Shown here: piece by piece, positions 62,413-64,000 of the stretch | How the letters are laid out: each line of letters starts with the position of its first letter | Numbering within the stretch: the stretch's first letter is position 1 | DNA from: Rhodospirillaceae bacterium | Lineage (GTDB): Bacteria > Pseudomonadota > Alphaproteobacteria > GCA-2721365 | DNA length: 64,000 nt | Assembly: GCA_002721365.1 (NCBI GenBank) | Contig: PBKC01000073.1 | Coordinates: forward strand, 27,225-91,224 | Reading direction: 5' to 3' | Notes under the pieces: model-generated | Told to the model about the DNA's origin: nothing | What the model saw: only the letters and a program-made list of their open reading frames with translations | Databases searched by the model: none | Made by a program: the position numbers and the translations under genes

Positions 62413-63369
62413 TCAGCGCACGGCCACGGGTGCCACCGTCGAGCCGGTCCCGCCAGCGACCTTGAGCGGCTGCATGATGAACGCGAATTCCCAAACCTTC
62501 GCAGCCGCCAGGGCGTCGAGCTTCAGATTCTCAAGAAGGTGGATACCGTTCACCACCAACGCGATCTGGTGGACGGGCAGCGACAGCTCAGGGTCGGGGG
62601 TCGGCGCGACTTCGACGGGCCAGTTATCCGAGCCGATCAGGATCGGGTCCTGCTCGGCCAGCCACTCCGCAGCCTCGACGCCGATGCCGGGGCAGGATTT
62701 CACGAAGCGGGAGTTGTCCACCGCCCACAGCTTGCCCCAGCCGGTGTTGATGACGACGGCGTCGCCCGGCCGGAGTTCGACATTCTGACGGGCCAGAGCC
62801 TCCTGGAGGTCGGCGGCCGTGATCTCGTACGTGTCGGGAAGTATCTCAACGCCCTTGAGTGCGGCGACATCGATCAACACGCCGCGCGTCATGATCATGC
62901 CGACGCCGTCGACGCCCAGCTTGGTGAGCCCGCTGCGCGTGGCGATTTCGTCGATGTGGAAGCAGTTGTACAGGCTGTTCTCATGCCCCTGATGGCCGAA
63001 ACCGTCGAGTTGCGTGCCGACATGGCCGATTTCGGTAATGACGAGCTCTTCGTTCGAACTGCGGTGGTTCGACGGCGCGTTGAGATAGGTGCGCTTGGTA
63101 TGGACGTCGAAGCGGCGCGTGCCGAAGAACGGCATGTCGGCGGAGAGAACATGGCCGAGCTCGAAGACTTCGCCGCTCCGGATCAGGCGCGCGGTCTCGG
63201 CGACCCGCTCGGGTGACATGTGGTTGGCGCTCCCTCGCTCGTCGCCCGCTCCCCATTTCGACGGACAGCGTTCCGACTCGGCCGGTGGCGACCAACTGGG
63301 GTCGGCCTGCGCGGCCGAGATACCCAGAGTGGCCACCACCAGTGCCACGCCGACTGCTATGCGTTTCAT
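62413..63369 (-). CDS. Cyclase family protein (kynurenine-formamidase-like), secreted
   Basis: Signal peptide MKRIAVGVALVVATLGISAAQA. RGSANHMSP and HVGTQLDGFGHQ (HxGTHxDxPxH-like metal motif) point to the putative cyclase family. Confidence 0.85.
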   Translation of the reverse strand: MKRIAVGVALVVATLGISAAQADPSWSPPAESERCPSKWGAGDERGSANHMSPERVAETARLIRSGEVFELGHVLSADMPFFGTRRFDVHTKRTYLNAPSNHRSSNEELVITEIGHVGTQLDGFGHQGHENSLYNCFHIDEIATRSGLTKLGVDGVGMIMTRGVLIDVAALKGVEILPDTYEITAADLQEALARQNVELRPGDAVVINTGWGKLWAVDNSRFVKSCPGIGVEAAEWLAEQDPILIGSDNWPVEVAPTPDPELSLPVHQIALVVNGIHLLENLKLDALAAAKVWEFAFIMQPLKVAGGTGSTVAPVAVR

Positions 63370-63494
63370 TTTCCCCTCCCTGGTTCTTGCGATCGTTCGG
63401 TCCGGGCTCGGACTCCGTAGCCGGGAACGCGGTCATCCGGTCGAGACGACGGACTCCGGCTCAGTTCGACTTCGGTGCGTGGTCACGGCCCTCT

Positions 63495-64000
63495 TCAGTC
63501 GCCTAGGCAGACACCGAGCCCACGGGCCGTCGCCACCAGTGCACCGTTCGGGTCGACCGAGGCGTAGCTGGCGATGGCGTCGGCGATGCGAATGTCCACG
63601 ACGGCGCGGCGTTGCCAGGTCACGATCCGGTTGAAGCGCTCCTTGGCGATCAGGTCGACCGCGTTGACGCCGAACGCCGAAGCGATCACCCGATCGAGCG
63701 GCGAGGGCGTGCCGCCGCGCTGGACGTGGCCCAGCACGGTGACGCGGGTCTCGGCGCCGGTCATCTCGCCGATTCGGCCGGCGAGGTAGTGGCCGATACC
63801 GCCGTAACGGGTCCGGCCGGTCGGATCGATTTGGGTGACGGAATCTCCCTGGGCGTTTCTGACCGACTCCGAAACGATGATCTGGCTGTAGTTCTTCCCC
63901 AGCCGCCGCCGGCTCTCGATCTTGTTGCGGATCGATTCCAGCGAGTAGGGGATCTCCGGGATCAGGATCACGTCGGCGGCCCCGGCGATGCCGGCGGTGA
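63495..64000 (-). CDS. 6-phosphofructokinase family protein (ATP- or PPi-dependent), 5' end beyond window
   Basis: The frame stays open to base 64000 (...TAGIAGAADVILIPEIPY). VLGHVQRGGTPSPLDRVIASAFG is the PFK signature region. Confidence 0.88.
   Translation of the reverse strand, partial: TAGIAGAADVILIPEIPYSLESIRNKIESRRRLGKNYSQIIVSESVRNAQGDSVTQIDPTGRTRYGGIGHYLAGRIGEMTGAETRVTVLGHVQRGGTPSPLDRVIASAFGVNAVDLIAKERFNRIVTWQRRAVVDIRIADAIASYASVDPNGALVATARGLGVCLGD

Overview
High-GC (roughly two-thirds G+C by eye) chromosomal segment. The gene content looks alphaproteobacterial, probably Rhodospirillales-like: HWE histidine kinases, DUF1013/TrcR-like, DUF1192 and TIGR02444 proteins. This taxonomic call is inference only. 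I support about 62 protein-coding genes. I recognised no rRNA, tRNA, CRISPR array, transposase, integrase or phage gene. Housekeeping and metabolic content: proVWX, trkAH, a DHDPS-family/eda/kdgK sugar-acid module, manC, pmbA, tadA, speD-speE, pip, rpmE, metY, hldE and a partial phosphofructokinase. Several starts are non-ATG: TTG for proW, the DHDPS-like gene and the MBL hydrolase; GTG for the beta-barrel OMP, trkH, the EEP nuclease, the methyltransferase and the O-antigen-ligase-like gene. Because of the GC content, almost every real gene carries a long Arg/Pro/Gly/Val-rich antisense or off-frame ORF, and I rejected these. The most unusual locus is 1420-5754 (minus strand). It is five consecutive genes that all encode signal-peptide-bearing, Gly/His/Asp-rich proteins. 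Three are paralogues with a shared C-terminal domain I do not recognise, one is small and Cys-containing, and one is ZraP/CpxP/Spy-like. The cluster ends at an intrinsic terminator and has a beta-barrel OMP gene upstream. I read it as a candidate undescribed periplasmic metal-handling or envelope system. Other points of interest: (1) a cell-surface glycan locus (41431-49620) whose ABC-2 permease is fused to what looks like a catalytically dead nucleotide-binding domain; (2) a Met-codon (ATG x4) mini-ORF plus terminator upstream of metY, with a second (ATG)4 mini-ORF 0.5 kb away overlapping the TTG start of an MBL hydrolase; (3) a ~100-bp nested palindromic element between convergent genes; (4) a perfect 19-bp palindrome abutting a MarR-GNAT fusion gene; (5) an intrinsic terminator embedded in the signal-peptide coding region of a lipoprotein gene. 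All functional calls come from reading the translations by eye. No database search was run.
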